Assembly: GCA_963767925.1 (NCBI GenBank) | Contig: CAVYGB010000008.1 | Span: 1,824,001-1,888,000 of the forward strand | Source of the DNA: an uncultured delta proteobacterium | GTDB lineage: Bacteria > Myxococcota_A > Polyangia > Fen-1088 | DNA: 64,000 nt | Reading direction: 5' to 3' | Shown: positions 1 through 9,109 of the stretch, one piece after another | How the letters are laid out: the number at the start of each line of letters is the position of its first letter | Position numbering within the stretch: position 1 is the stretch's first letter | Program-made: the position numbers and the translations under genes | The notes under the pieces: model-generated | What the model was told of the DNA's origin: nothing | What the model saw: the letters and a program-made list of their open reading frames with translations, nothing else | Database searches by the model: none

Positions 1-1331
1 TCATCGACGGCCGGCGAACCGTTGCCGTGGGGCGCCGAACCATTTGCCACGGCTGCGACGGGGGCCGCCGCGGCGACCCGCGGCGCGGCGGCCGGCTCGT
101 CGGCCGGCGCCGGCGCGGCGGCGACCGGACCGGGCGCCTTTGCGGAGGCGACGGCCGGCGTCGAGACCGGAGAGGGCGCCCGGACGGCCACCGCGGCCTG
201 GGCGGCCTGCGCCGTCTGCACCGCCGTGGGCCGGGCCGGAGCGGCAGCGGGCGGGCTGACGGCCGCGGCAGGCGCGGCGGGCGTCACCGGGACACCTCGC
301 GGCGGCGAGCCGGTGCGGGCCGCGATGGCCTTGGCCACCAGGTTCGCCACCTCGGCCTGACCGCCCGCGAACAGCATGGTTCGAGCAAATCCGACGCCGG
401 CGTCCTTGGACGCGGCTGGCTGCGCCCCCGGCGCGGCGACCAGCGCTTCGACCTCCGAGAGGAAGAGACGCAAGGTGAGGTGCCGCCGGCTCGAGCTCTT
501 GTCCAGGGCCTTGAGGACGACCCGGTCGACATCGGGGGTCAGCGCGGCCTCGGGACGGCGCTGGCTGGGCGCGAGCGGCGGGCTGCCAAGATGCAGCTCG
601 AGGACGGTCTCGGGCGTTCCCTGGAAAGGCGGCTCACCGGTGACCAGGTGATAAAAGACCGCAGCCAGGCTGTAAGTGTTGGACCGCTGATCGACCGGCT
701 TGCCCTGGATCTGCTCGGGCGACAGGTAGGCCGCAACCCCGGCTGCGCGCTCGTTGATCGGCTTGGCCAGGGGGAAGTTGATGACCTTGACGTCTCCGCT
801 CGGCCCCACGAGGACATTTTTGGGGGCCACGTCCCGGTGAACGATGCCGGCCTTCTGGGCCTCGAGCAGCGCCTGTCCAATCTGGAGGATGACGCCCTTG
901 GCCCGCTCGAATGGCATCGCGCCGGCGCGGAGCTGGTGCTCGAGGGACTCCCCCTCGCACAGCTCCATCGCGACGAACAGGCGATCGTCGGCCGCCTTGC
1001 CACACTCGACGATGGTTGCGATCTTGGGGCTGGACACCCGCATGAGCTGGCGGTACTCGCGCTCGGCGCGGCCCAGCGCGGCCGGGTTCGGCAGCACGTC
1101 CGAGCTCACGACCTTGTAGGCGACGTCGGCGCCACCCTGGGAGTCGGTGGCGCGGAAGACCTGCCCGGTGCTTTTGCCCCCGAGGCGGGCTCCCGCCTGG
1201 AAACGGGAACGCGTCTCGGCGGCGACCACGGCCTGCAGGCGCTGAGGGCCCGACGGAGTCGCGCAGGTCTCCTGGGGACAGAAATTGGCGTCGTCGGGAT
1301 ACGTGCTCTTGCAGGTTGGGCAGAGTTTCAT
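1..1331 (-). CDS. Zinc-ribbon + Hanks-type Ser/Thr kinase-like protein, probable pseudokinase (3' end runs off window)
   Basis: Not in the ORF track; translated by hand from ATG at 1331: MKLCPTCKSTYPDDANFCPQETC...VAYKVV...VAMELCEGESL...IVHRDVAPKNVLV...VKVINFPLAK...YLSPEQIQG...QRSNTYSLAAVFYHLVTGEPPF, then an Ala/Pro-rich tail. Confidence 0.85.
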   Translation of the reverse strand, partial: MKLCPTCKSTYPDDANFCPQETCATPSGPQRLQAVVAAETRSRFQAGARLGGKSTGQVFRATDSQGGADVAYKVVSSDVLPNPAALGRAEREYRQLMRVSSPKIATIVECGKAADDRLFVAMELCEGESLEHQLRAGAMPFERAKGVILQIGQALLEAQKAGIVHRDVAPKNVLVGPSGDVKVINFPLAKPINERAAGVAAYLSPEQIQGKPVDQRSNTYSLAAVFYHLVTGEPPFQGTPETVLELHLGSPPLAPSQRRPEAALTPDVDRVVLKALDKSSSRRHLTLRLFLSEVEALVAAPGAQPAASKDAGVGFARTMLFAGGQAEVANLVAKAIAARTGSPPRGVPVTPAAPAAAVSPPAAAPARPTAVQTAQAAQAAVAVRAPSPVSTPAVASAKAPGPVAAAPAPADEPAAAPRVAAAAPVAAVANGSAPHGNGSPAVD

Positions 1332-1529
1332 CGGGCTCCCGGTCTATCGAGAACGCTCCCGACCACCCGACCGTCCGGGTCCACGGGGCACTTCGATCTT
1401 AGGCGCGCCATAGACCGAAAGCAACGGCCCGTCCGCGACCGGACAGGGGCGTACCTCCGGCGTCTATCCGGGACCGGCGCGCGGTCGGGGCCGCACGTTC
1501 ACCCTCAAGCACCTACGTGAGCAGGGCAG

Positions 1530-1694
1530 CTACTTGCGGGCGGGCTGCGCAGGCTGCCCTGGCTCGCCCATTCCGGCAAACAGCTCGGCCGCCGAAGGCG
1601 TCGAGTGTCGGCTCTCCTGGTTCTTCCGTTTGCGCCCAGCTTTTGCCTTCCGGGCCAGGCGGCGTTTCCAGGTCTCTCGCGTGTTCGAAGCCAT
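1530..1694 (-). CDS. Small basic protein, 54 aa (uncalled)
   Basis: MASNTRETWKRRLARKAKAGRKRKNQESRHSTPSAAELFAGMGEPGQPAQPARK*; fills the gap between rel and the kinase on the same strand; candidate TTGACC-N18-TAAATG promoter just upstream. Confidence 0.7.
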   Translation of the reverse strand: MASNTRETWKRRLARKAKAGRKRKNQESRHSTPSAAELFAGMGEPGQPAQPARK

Positions 1695-1742
1695 GAGGAA
1701 GCGGTCATTTACCAGGCCCCACCCCGCCGGTCAACCCGGCGC

Positions 1743-3905
1743 TCACATGCGGACGACCGAGAGGACCCCGTCGAGCGCCTGCAGGGAGCGGATCACGGAC
1801 TTGAGCTGGTCGACGTGCCCGACCATCACGTGGAAGGTGTTTATCCCACGTCGGTCCTCGGTCGTCCGACACTTGGCCTGCGAGATGTTCACCCCGTGGT
1901 CAGTGAAGCACTTGGAGATGGAGGCGAGGATGCCTGGCCGGTCGGTGCTGATGATCTCGAGCGCCACCGGCCGGGGGACCTGCGCCCCCTCGTCCCAGGA
2001 GACCTCCACCCGGCGGGCGGGGTCCAGATCCAGCGCCTTCCGGCACTCGCGGGTGTGAACGATGACCCCCCGCCGCACGCTGATGAAGGCCACGATGTCG
2101 TCGCCCGGCACCGGGTTGCAGCACTTGGCGAACTTGACGACGATGTCCGCCTCGCCCTGCACCCGCACGCCCCCCACCAATTTTCTGACCGGGCGCCGGT
2201 GCAGCCCCGTGTTCTCGCTGGGGGTGGCCAGGGGCACCCCGTCGCTGGGGGCCTCCCCGCCACGCTGCGGGTAGATCGCCTCGGCCGCGCTCGCTGGCGT
2301 GATCTTGCCGTAGCCGACCAGCACCAGGAGGTCGTCCGCCGAGCCGGCCCGCAGGCGCTGGGCAGCCGGCTCGAGCAGGCCGTCTTTCTCGGCCTGGGTC
2401 AGGGAACGGCTGCGCTCGCGCATCTCCTTGGCCAGCAGGTCGCGACCGTAGCGCCTGCTGCGGTCACGCTGCTCCATCCGCAGGAAATGGCGGATGCGCG
2501 TCCGGGCCCGGCTGGTGACGACGAACTTGAGCCAGTCCTTGGAAGGCTTCTGGCTCGTCGAGGTCAGGATCTCGATGGTGTCGCCATTGCGCAGGACGTA
2601 ACGGAGGGGGACGATGATGCCGTTGACCCGCGATCCCGAGCAGTGGGCGCCGATCTTGGAGTGAACCGCATAGGCGAAGTCGATCGGCGTGGCCCCCTTG
2701 GGCAGGGACTTGACGTCCCCCTTGGGGGTGAAGACGAAGACCTCCTCCTCGAACAGGTCGATCTTGACGGTCTCGAGGAACTCGGTCGGATCCTTGAGGT
2801 CCCGCTGCCACTCCATGAGCTGGTGGAGCCAGGCGAAGGCCTTGCTGTCGGAGCCGGTGAGGGGGCGGTTCTCCTTGTAGCGCCAGTGGGCCGCGATCCC
2901 GTGTTCGGCGGTGTGGTGCATCTCGGCGGTGCGGATCTGCACCTCCATGCGGTCGGCGTTGGGGCCGATCACGGTGGTGTGCAGGGATTGGTACAGGTTG
3001 GGTTTGGGCAGCGCGATGAAGTCCTTGAAGCGGCCCGGCACCGGCGTCCAGTGAGAGTGAACCACCCCCAGGGCGGCGTAGCAGTCGCGGACCGATCCGA
3101 CGAGCACGCGAAAGGCGATGACGTCGTGGATCTGCTCGAACTCCCGCCCGGTCTTTTTCATCTTCTGCTGGATCGACCAGAGGTGTTTGGCCCGGCCGGT
3201 GACCGTGGCCTCGACCTCCGCGGTCCGCATGGCCTCCCGGAGCTTGTCGCAGGTCTCCCCGATGTACCGCTCGCGCACCGCCTCGGTGTCGCGCATGCGG
3301 ACCACCAGCGCCCGGTAGTCCTCCGGTTCGAGGTACTGGAAGCTGAGATCCTCCAGCTCGGCCTTCATCCACTGGATGCCCAGCCGGTTGGCCATGGGCG
3401 CGTAGATCTCGCGGGTCTCCCGGGCGATCCGCTCCTGCTTGTCCCGGGGCATGTGCTCGAGGGTCCGCATGTTGTCCACGCGGTCGGCCAGCTTGATGAG
3501 GATGACCCGGATGTCCCGGGCCATCGCCAGCAGCATCTTGCGGAAGTTCTCGGCCTGCTTCTCCTCCCGGGTGTGCCAGGCGATCTGGCCGAGCTTGGTG
3601 ACACCGTCGACGAGCATCTGGATCTCGGGACCGAAGAGTCGCCCGATGTCCTCGGCGGTGGCGCTGGTGTCCTCGACGCAGTCGTGCAACAGCCCGGCGC
3701 AGACCGAGGGCACGTCGAGCTTCAGGTCGGCGATCAGCTTGGCCACCCCCAGGGGATGGACCACGTAGGGCTCGCCGGATCGCCGGAGCTGACCAGCGTG
3801 CCGTTCGGCCGCGAACTCGTAGCTACGTCGCACCAGGCCCAGGTCGGCGGTCGGATCATGACCGCGAACCGCATCGAGTACCGGAGCGACGTCAGTAAAT
3901 GCCAC
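1743..3905 (-). CDS. rel: Bifunctional (p)ppGpp synthetase/hydrolase (long RSH)
   Basis: Intact HD motif (LLHDCVEDT), RFKD, YQSLHTT, EVQIRT, TGS (VFTPKG..LPKGATPIDFAY), CCNPVPGD, C-terminal ACT. Confidence 0.97.
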   Translation of the reverse strand: MAFTDVAPVLDAVRGHDPTADLGLVRRSYEFAAERHAGQLRRSGEPYVVHPLGVAKLIADLKLDVPSVCAGLLHDCVEDTSATAEDIGRLFGPEIQMLVDGVTKLGQIAWHTREEKQAENFRKMLLAMARDIRVILIKLADRVDNMRTLEHMPRDKQERIARETREIYAPMANRLGIQWMKAELEDLSFQYLEPEDYRALVVRMRDTEAVRERYIGETCDKLREAMRTAEVEATVTGRAKHLWSIQQKMKKTGREFEQIHDVIAFRVLVGSVRDCYAALGVVHSHWTPVPGRFKDFIALPKPNLYQSLHTTVIGPNADRMEVQIRTAEMHHTAEHGIAAHWRYKENRPLTGSDSKAFAWLHQLMEWQRDLKDPTEFLETVKIDLFEEEVFVFTPKGDVKSLPKGATPIDFAYAVHSKIGAHCSGSRVNGIIVPLRYVLRNGDTIEILTSTSQKPSKDWLKFVVTSRARTRIRHFLRMEQRDRSRRYGRDLLAKEMRERSRSLTQAEKDGLLEPAAQRLRAGSADDLLVLVGYGKITPASAAEAIYPQRGGEAPSDGVPLATPSENTGLHRRPVRKLVGGVRVQGEADIVVKFAKCCNPVPGDDIVAFISVRRGVIVHTRECRKALDLDPARRVEVSWDEGAQVPRPVALEIISTDRPGILASISKCFTDHGVNISQAKCRTTEDRRGINTFHVMVGHVDQLKSVIRSLQALDGVLSVVRM

Positions 3906-3922
3906 TCCCGCTACACTCTACC

Positions 3923-4558
3923 TCAGCCGACGCGGGCCGCCACCTCGGCCAGCAGAACGCGGGCGTGGGCGGCGGCGCGGGGGCGGGTGCAGCGGGCGGC
4001 GATGTAGATCGAGCTCAGCTCGGAGAAGGCGGTCTCCAGGTCATCGTTGACCACCAGGTAGTCGTATTCGTCGTAGTGCCGCAGCTCCTCCTGGGCGGTA
4101 CGCAGGCGGCGTTCGATGACCTCGACGGAGTCGGTGGCTCGCTGGCGCAGGCGGCGCTCCAGCTCAAACAGCGAGGGGGGCAAGATGAAGACCAGCACGC
4201 TGTCCTGGGGCCACTGCCGGCGGATCTGGCGCCCCCCCTGGAAGTCGATGTCGAACAGGCAATCGACCCCCTGCTCGATGGCCCGGTTGACCGTGGCGAT
4301 GGAGGTGCCGTAGCGGTTCCCGTGCACCAGGGCGTGCTCGGCGAAGTCCCCGGCGGCGACCATGCGGTCGAACACCTCGTTGTCCACGAAGTGGTAGTCC
4401 GCGCCCTCCACCTCCCCGGGGCGGGGCCGGCGGGTCGTGTAGGAGACCGAAAAGCAGAGGTCGTGGGTGGCGGCCAGCCGGCGCGTGAGGGTGGTCTTCC
4501 CCGCGCCCGAAGGGGACGAGATGACCGTCAGGATTCCGCGCCTCGCGATGCTCATCAC
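3923..4558 (-). CDS. gmk: Guanylate kinase
   Basis: SPSGAGKTT P-loop, SYTTRRPRPGEVEGADYHF, YGTS, YDYLVVNDDLE. Confidence 0.97.
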   Translation of the reverse strand: MMSIARRGILTVISSPSGAGKTTLTRRLAATHDLCFSVSYTTRRPRPGEVEGADYHFVDNEVFDRMVAAGDFAEHALVHGNRYGTSIATVNRAIEQGVDCLFDIDFQGGRQIRRQWPQDSVLVFILPPSLFELERRLRQRATDSVEVIERRLRTAQEELRHYDEYDYLVVNDDLETAFSELSSIYIAARCTRPRAAAHARVLLAEVAARVG

Positions 4559-5421
4559 TCGATATTCTGCGCTTGCTCCCGGATCTTCTCCAACTCGGCC
4601 TTACCCTCGATCACCAGCGCCGACACCTCCACATCCTGCGCCTTGACCCCCAGGGTATTGAGCTCGCGCGCCAGCTCCTGTATCAGAAACTCGAGGGTTC
4701 GCCCAATGCTTTCCGTGGCCACAGCTCCGCTCAGCAGCGGGCCCAGGCGCGCGCGGTGACCGTCGAGCCGAGCCAGCTCCTCGCTGACGTCGAGGCGATC
4801 GGCCAGGAGCGCCACCTCCTGAGCCAGCCGCGCGGGGTCCACCACGCCGGCGCCGAGCGTCCGCATACGCTCTCGCAGGCGGGCCTCCGCCCGCTGGGCG
4901 AGGGGGGCCGCGTGGCGGTGCAGGTCGGCGACCACCCGGGCCAGCCGCTCGGCCCGGGTGCTCATGTCCTGGCCAACCGCCTCGCCCTCCCGCTCCCGCA
5001 TGGCCTGTAGCGCGACCAGCGCCTCCTGCACGGCGGGCCCTATCTCCTCCCAGGTCAGGGCGGTCGCCACCGGCTCCCGCTCCAGCCGCAGGAAGGCCGC
5101 CACCGTGCCCAGGTCGACCGGATCGGCCAGCCCCAGGCCGGTCCGGATCCCCTCGAGGCTGCGGTGCACCTCCCGGATGCGCTCCGGCGAGACCTGCGGG
5201 ATTCGCTCGGCGTTCTCCTCCTCGACCGACACCTGCACCGCCCCCCGGCGCAGCGCCGTGCGCACCGCCCGGATGATCTCTATCTCGCAGGCGGCGGCCA
5301 GGGCCCGACTGCGCAGCTTGACGTCGAGGGCCCGGTGGTTGACCGAGCGGATCTCCACCACCAGCCGCCGGCCGCCGCCCGAGAGGCAGGCCGCCCGTCC
5401 GAATCCGGTCATGCTCAACAT
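4555..5421 (-). CDS. yicC: YicC/YloC family endoribonuclease
   Basis: MLSMTGFG, EIRSVNHR, DVSEELARL, RELNTLGVK, EKIREQAQNIE; start moved to ATG 5421. Confidence 0.93.
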   Translation of the reverse strand: MLSMTGFGRAACLSGGGRRLVVEIRSVNHRALDVKLRSRALAAACEIEIIRAVRTALRRGAVQVSVEEENAERIPQVSPERIREVHRSLEGIRTGLGLADPVDLGTVAAFLRLEREPVATALTWEEIGPAVQEALVALQAMREREGEAVGQDMSTRAERLARVVADLHRHAAPLAQRAEARLRERMRTLGAGVVDPARLAQEVALLADRLDVSEELARLDGHRARLGPLLSGAVATESIGRTLEFLIQELARELNTLGVKAQDVEVSALVIEGKAELEKIREQAQNIE

Positions 5422-6359
5422 GCGGGCGCGGCCCGGAACCACTCGACGGTGCGTCGCAGGCCCTCGGCGAACATCACCTGCGGCCGATAGCCCAGGTGGG
5501 TGCCGGCCAGCCCGATGTCGGCCAGCGAGTGCTTGACGTCGCCCGACCGTCCCGCCTCGTAACGCGCCGTCACCTTCCGGCCGAACATCTCCGCGAGCAG
5601 GTCGAGGACGGCGTTGAGCTCGGTGGCCTCGCCACAGGCGATGTTGAAGACCCGCCCCACGGCGCCCGGTGCGCTCGCCGCGAGCAGGTTGGCCTCGACG
5701 ACGTTGTCGATGAAGCAGAAGTCACGGGACTGCTTGCCGTCGCCGAAGACGATCGGCTCGCGCTGGGCCATCGCCGCCGTGACGAAGCGGGGGATCACCG
5801 CCGCGTACTGAGACGCGGGATCCTGGCGCGGTCCGAACACGTTGAAGTAGCGGAGCACGACCGTCTCGAGCCCCATCGTTCGCGCGTACATCTGGCAATA
5901 GAGCTCGCCGGTCAGCTTGGACACAGCGTAGGGGGAGAGGGGGGAGGTCGGCATCGTCTCGACCTTGGGCAGGACGGCCGTGTCGCCGTAGGCCGAGGAC
6001 GAGCCGGCGTAGACCACCCGCCGCACCCGGTTGGCCCGGGCGGCCTCGAGCACCCGCAAGGTGCCGGTGGCGTTGGCGTCGTGGCTCGGCAAAGGGGCGG
6101 CCACGGAGCGGGGCACCGACGGGATCGCCGCCTGGTGAAAGATCACCTCGACGCCTTCGGCGGCGCGGGCCAGGGTCGGGCCGTCCAGGATGTCGCCCTC
6201 GATCCACTCGATCGACCCCGTGAGATCGGCCAGATTCTCCCGTCTCCCGGAGGAGAGGTTGTCGAGCACGCGCACCGATTGACCGCGCGCGAGCAGCGCC
6301 CGCGCCAGCGACGATCCGATGAATCCGGCTCCTCCGGTGACCAGCGTTTTGGGGCGCAT
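5415..6359 (-). CDS. NAD-dependent epimerase/dehydratase (extended SDR, UDP-sugar 4-epimerase-like)
   Basis: GGAGFIG, YAVSK (YxxxK), LRYFNVFGPRQDP, GDGKQSRDF. Confidence 0.92.
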   Translation of the reverse strand: MRPKTLVTGGAGFIGSSLARALLARGQSVRVLDNLSSGRRENLADLTGSIEWIEGDILDGPTLARAAEGVEVIFHQAAIPSVPRSVAAPLPSHDANATGTLRVLEAARANRVRRVVYAGSSSAYGDTAVLPKVETMPTSPLSPYAVSKLTGELYCQMYARTMGLETVVLRYFNVFGPRQDPASQYAAVIPRFVTAAMAQREPIVFGDGKQSRDFCFIDNVVEANLLAASAPGAVGRVFNIACGEATELNAVLDLLAEMFGRKVTARYEAGRSGDVKHSLADIGLAGTHLGYRPQVMFAEGLRRTVEWFRAAPAC

Positions 6360-6573
6360 ATCTGTATTTACACTTCCGTTTACGAGCCCGCAGCCTGTCG
6401 CAAGCTGGCAGCGTCACCAGCGACGCGGAGCCATCTTACCAGCCCCCTGCGTCAATGGCCAGACGCACGGCTCGAACCCATTTGGCATGGCTGTATGCCT
6501 ACTTACGCATTCAAGGCCGGCGTCTATCCCACATGTGGTTTCATCGGTGGCGGTCAGCGGCATCATCGGCGTG

Positions 6574-6603
6574 TTGACCATGTTGGTTTCGATTTGTTAA
6601 AAG
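6574..6603 (+). promoter_or_regulatory. Putative sigma70 promoter of the 6674-11503 operon
   Basis: TTGACC, 17-18 nt spacer, then TG-T-TAAAAG in an AT-rich patch; GGAG RBS before ATG 6674. Confidence 0.45.
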
Positions 6604-6673
6604 CCACGACGACCTCCTCTCCGTGGTCTTGTGCACACCCGGGTGGAGATTCGCCTTTAACAGGGAGACCTTC

Positions 6674-9043
6674 ATGAATCGATGCGGTCGTATGGCTTTG
6701 GTTTACCGTGGTGTATTCGCCGCTTCGCTAATGGCGCTGGTGGGCTGTGGCGACGACGAGTTGTCTGACGACTTCTACGGACCAATCGACCTCGCGCCTT
6801 ATTTCTTCGATGGCTCGACGGCAGCAGCACCCGACCGCGGCCTCCCGCGCGAGATCAAGCCCGCGCGGGGCTGGTTCAACGGTCTCCGTGTCGAGTTTTA
6901 CGACTTCGGTCTCGTCGCCCACCGCCGCAAGCGAAACGCGGGCGGCACCACCCTGGCCGAGCCGGACATCGCGTTCGTCAACCCGATGTACTTCTTCTTC
7001 GATTCGCGGGGCAATCCGATGTTCTCGAAGCCGATCTTCGAGGCCCGCACCGGCGTGTTCCACATGCGCGGCGGCGAGAACGCTCTCGATCCGAACCCGG
7101 CGCCACCGCCCGCCGATGCCACCCGGCGCAAGGGGTATTACAACCTCGCCTACTCGGCCCGGGCCCGGGCCACGATCTGGGACGCCGCTCGCAACTCGGA
7201 TGACTACCAGCGCCCGATCGTCGACATCCTGAACGGCAACGCCAACTACACCGGTCTGTGGGAGATCATCGAGGTCACCGCGGCCGACGACTACAAGCCC
7301 GACGCCGTCAAGAGCAAGGCCACCCTGGACGCGGGCATCGCCTCCGGGAAGTTCACCACCGCCCGGACCCAGAAGGTCATCAACTGTCCGGTGGTCGACG
7401 ACCGCACCTTCGTGACCCCCACGCCGATGGCGGTCCGCATGAGGCCCGACCCCGCCCGTCCGGACGTGCGGCCCTTCTACGTTCCTCAGCCCCGCGTGGA
7501 GATCTGGTACCGCACCAAGCTCGGAAGCTGCTACCTGGCCAACGGCTGGGAGACGCTCGGCGAGACCCTCTCCGAGGCCAACAAGGAGCTGGACCCCCGC
7601 GACCCGAAGAACCTCTCGCTCTTCAAGGCCAAGACGGACGCCAGCCGCCGCATCGACACCTTCGACGTCATCCGCTACGCCGTGGGCGAGGGTGCGAACC
7701 AGGTGCTGAGCGTCGTGGTCCCCGCGGGCAAGATCTACATCCCCAAGGTCACCATCAGCACGCTCAACCCCTCCCAGAGCGCCTACGACCTGCGCTACTT
7801 CGGGGACGACATCACCCCCGCCATCCCCCGGCACTACGACAGCGATCCGCCCGGGTACAGCCCCATCACCTGGCTCTGGGACATCACGGTTCCGCAGGAT
7901 CCGCCCTTCGCTTCGGGCTCCTTCAAGGGCCTCGGTGACATCGACCCGGTCGCCTTGCGCGCTCGGGACAACACCGGCAACAACAGCCCGGTCTGGACCC
8001 GGAACTATCCGGTCGTCGGCGTCGCTTCGCCCTGCAAGGGCAACATGGATTGCCCCGGCTTCGACCGCCAGTGCAACATGCTGCCGGATCTCGACCTGGC
8101 CACGGCCGATCTGCCTCCGGGCAAGAACATCGCCGACCTGACCATCGAGCGCGAGGGCGGTCCCCGCTGCGACGTCCCCGCCGTCGGCTACGGCCAGTAC
8201 TGCGCCCCCGGCATCTCTCGCTGCGCGAGCCACGTGCCCGCGCAGGCCGGCGCTGGTGGCCAGAAGTCGGACTGGGATCTGCTGCAGGCCATGAAGATCG
8301 GCACGCCGGGACCGAACCTGGCGGTGCACGCTCCCGCGGCCGCCGCCAAGAAGGCCCTCGACGATGGTCGGGGCGCCCAGGAAGCGATCATCGCCGACCC
8401 GGCCGCCACCCCCGAGGCGAAGACCGCCGCCACCGACGCCCTCGCCCGCCTGCAGAGTGCCTTCGACACGGCCAAGGCCCGCGCCGACTCCTACGCGGCC
8501 AAGGGTTACACCACCGACCTGTCGGCCCAGGGTTACGCCTGCCAGCCGCCGGCCGGGACGGCCAACGTCTACGGTGGCTACTGCTACATCCGCTGCGACG
8601 GCGCGGCCGCGGCAGGCAGCATCCCGGCCAGCGACACGACGAAGAACGTCCGCATGCTGGAAGTGGCGGACTCCCGCGTGGTCAACAAGGTCAACATGGA
8701 GGCCTACACCTTCCCCTACGACACCAAGTGCGGCGGGGCTAACTTGCTGGGCTACCGCTGCCTGCCCTCGAGCGGTCGCGCCGAGAAGCAGCGGGTCTGC
8801 GTCCGGGAGTGCAACACCCGGAACACCGAGAACAAGAACGCCGCCATCTGCAACTACAAGCTCAACGACGGTCTGGAGACGGGCACGGCCGGCAAGCCGA
8901 CCGAATACCCCTTCAGCGCTGGCCAGCCAGCGACGCTGAGCTTCCCCGGTCAGAGCTGCAACAACCTTGGCGGCGTCACCGCCTGCACCTGGAACCCCGA
9001 CTTCGAGCCTCGCAGCGAGGCCTCGAACTGGCCGCCTCAGTAG
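6674..9043 (+). CDS. Large Cys-rich lipoprotein of unknown function with two internal repeat units
   Basis: ATG 6674 with GGAG RBS; lipobox LVGC; two similar units (NYTGLWEIIEVT...VINCPVV and GYSPITWLWDITV...TRNYPVV); 16 Cys in the C-terminal part. Confidence 0.85.
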   Translation: MNRCGRMALVYRGVFAASLMALVGCGDDELSDDFYGPIDLAPYFFDGSTAAAPDRGLPREIKPARGWFNGLRVEFYDFGLVAHRRKRNAGGTTLAEPDIAFVNPMYFFFDSRGNPMFSKPIFEARTGVFHMRGGENALDPNPAPPPADATRRKGYYNLAYSARARATIWDAARNSDDYQRPIVDILNGNANYTGLWEIIEVTAADDYKPDAVKSKATLDAGIASGKFTTARTQKVINCPVVDDRTFVTPTPMAVRMRPDPARPDVRPFYVPQPRVEIWYRTKLGSCYLANGWETLGETLSEANKELDPRDPKNLSLFKAKTDASRRIDTFDVIRYAVGEGANQVLSVVVPAGKIYIPKVTISTLNPSQSAYDLRYFGDDITPAIPRHYDSDPPGYSPITWLWDITVPQDPPFASGSFKGLGDIDPVALRARDNTGNNSPVWTRNYPVVGVASPCKGNMDCPGFDRQCNMLPDLDLATADLPPGKNIADLTIEREGGPRCDVPAVGYGQYCAPGISRCASHVPAQAGAGGQKSDWDLLQAMKIGTPGPNLAVHAPAAAAKKALDDGRGAQEAIIADPAATPEAKTAATDALARLQSAFDTAKARADSYAAKGYTTDLSAQGYACQPPAGTANVYGGYCYIRCDGAAAAGSIPASDTTKNVRMLEVADSRVVNKVNMEAYTFPYDTKCGGANLLGYRCLPSSGRAEKQRVCVRECNTRNTENKNAAICNYKLNDGLETGTAGKPTEYPFSAGQPATLSFPGQSCNNLGGVTACTWNPDFEPRSEASNWPPQ

Positions 9044-9109
9044 CCGCGAGACGGTAAGGCAACAAGGAACCGGACTCCTCGTTAACTCAAAAGAAGAGGC
9101 CAACGACCC

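Noticed and set aside
1605..4007. Long antisense ORFs (also 17548-20238, 33180-36131, 6728-9103, 40880-42583 and others)
   Set aside because: Shadow frames of real high-GC genes on the opposite strand; no motifs
6482..6499. sigma54-like TGGCAT...TGC motif
   Set aside because: GG-to-GC spacing is 11 nt, not the required 10
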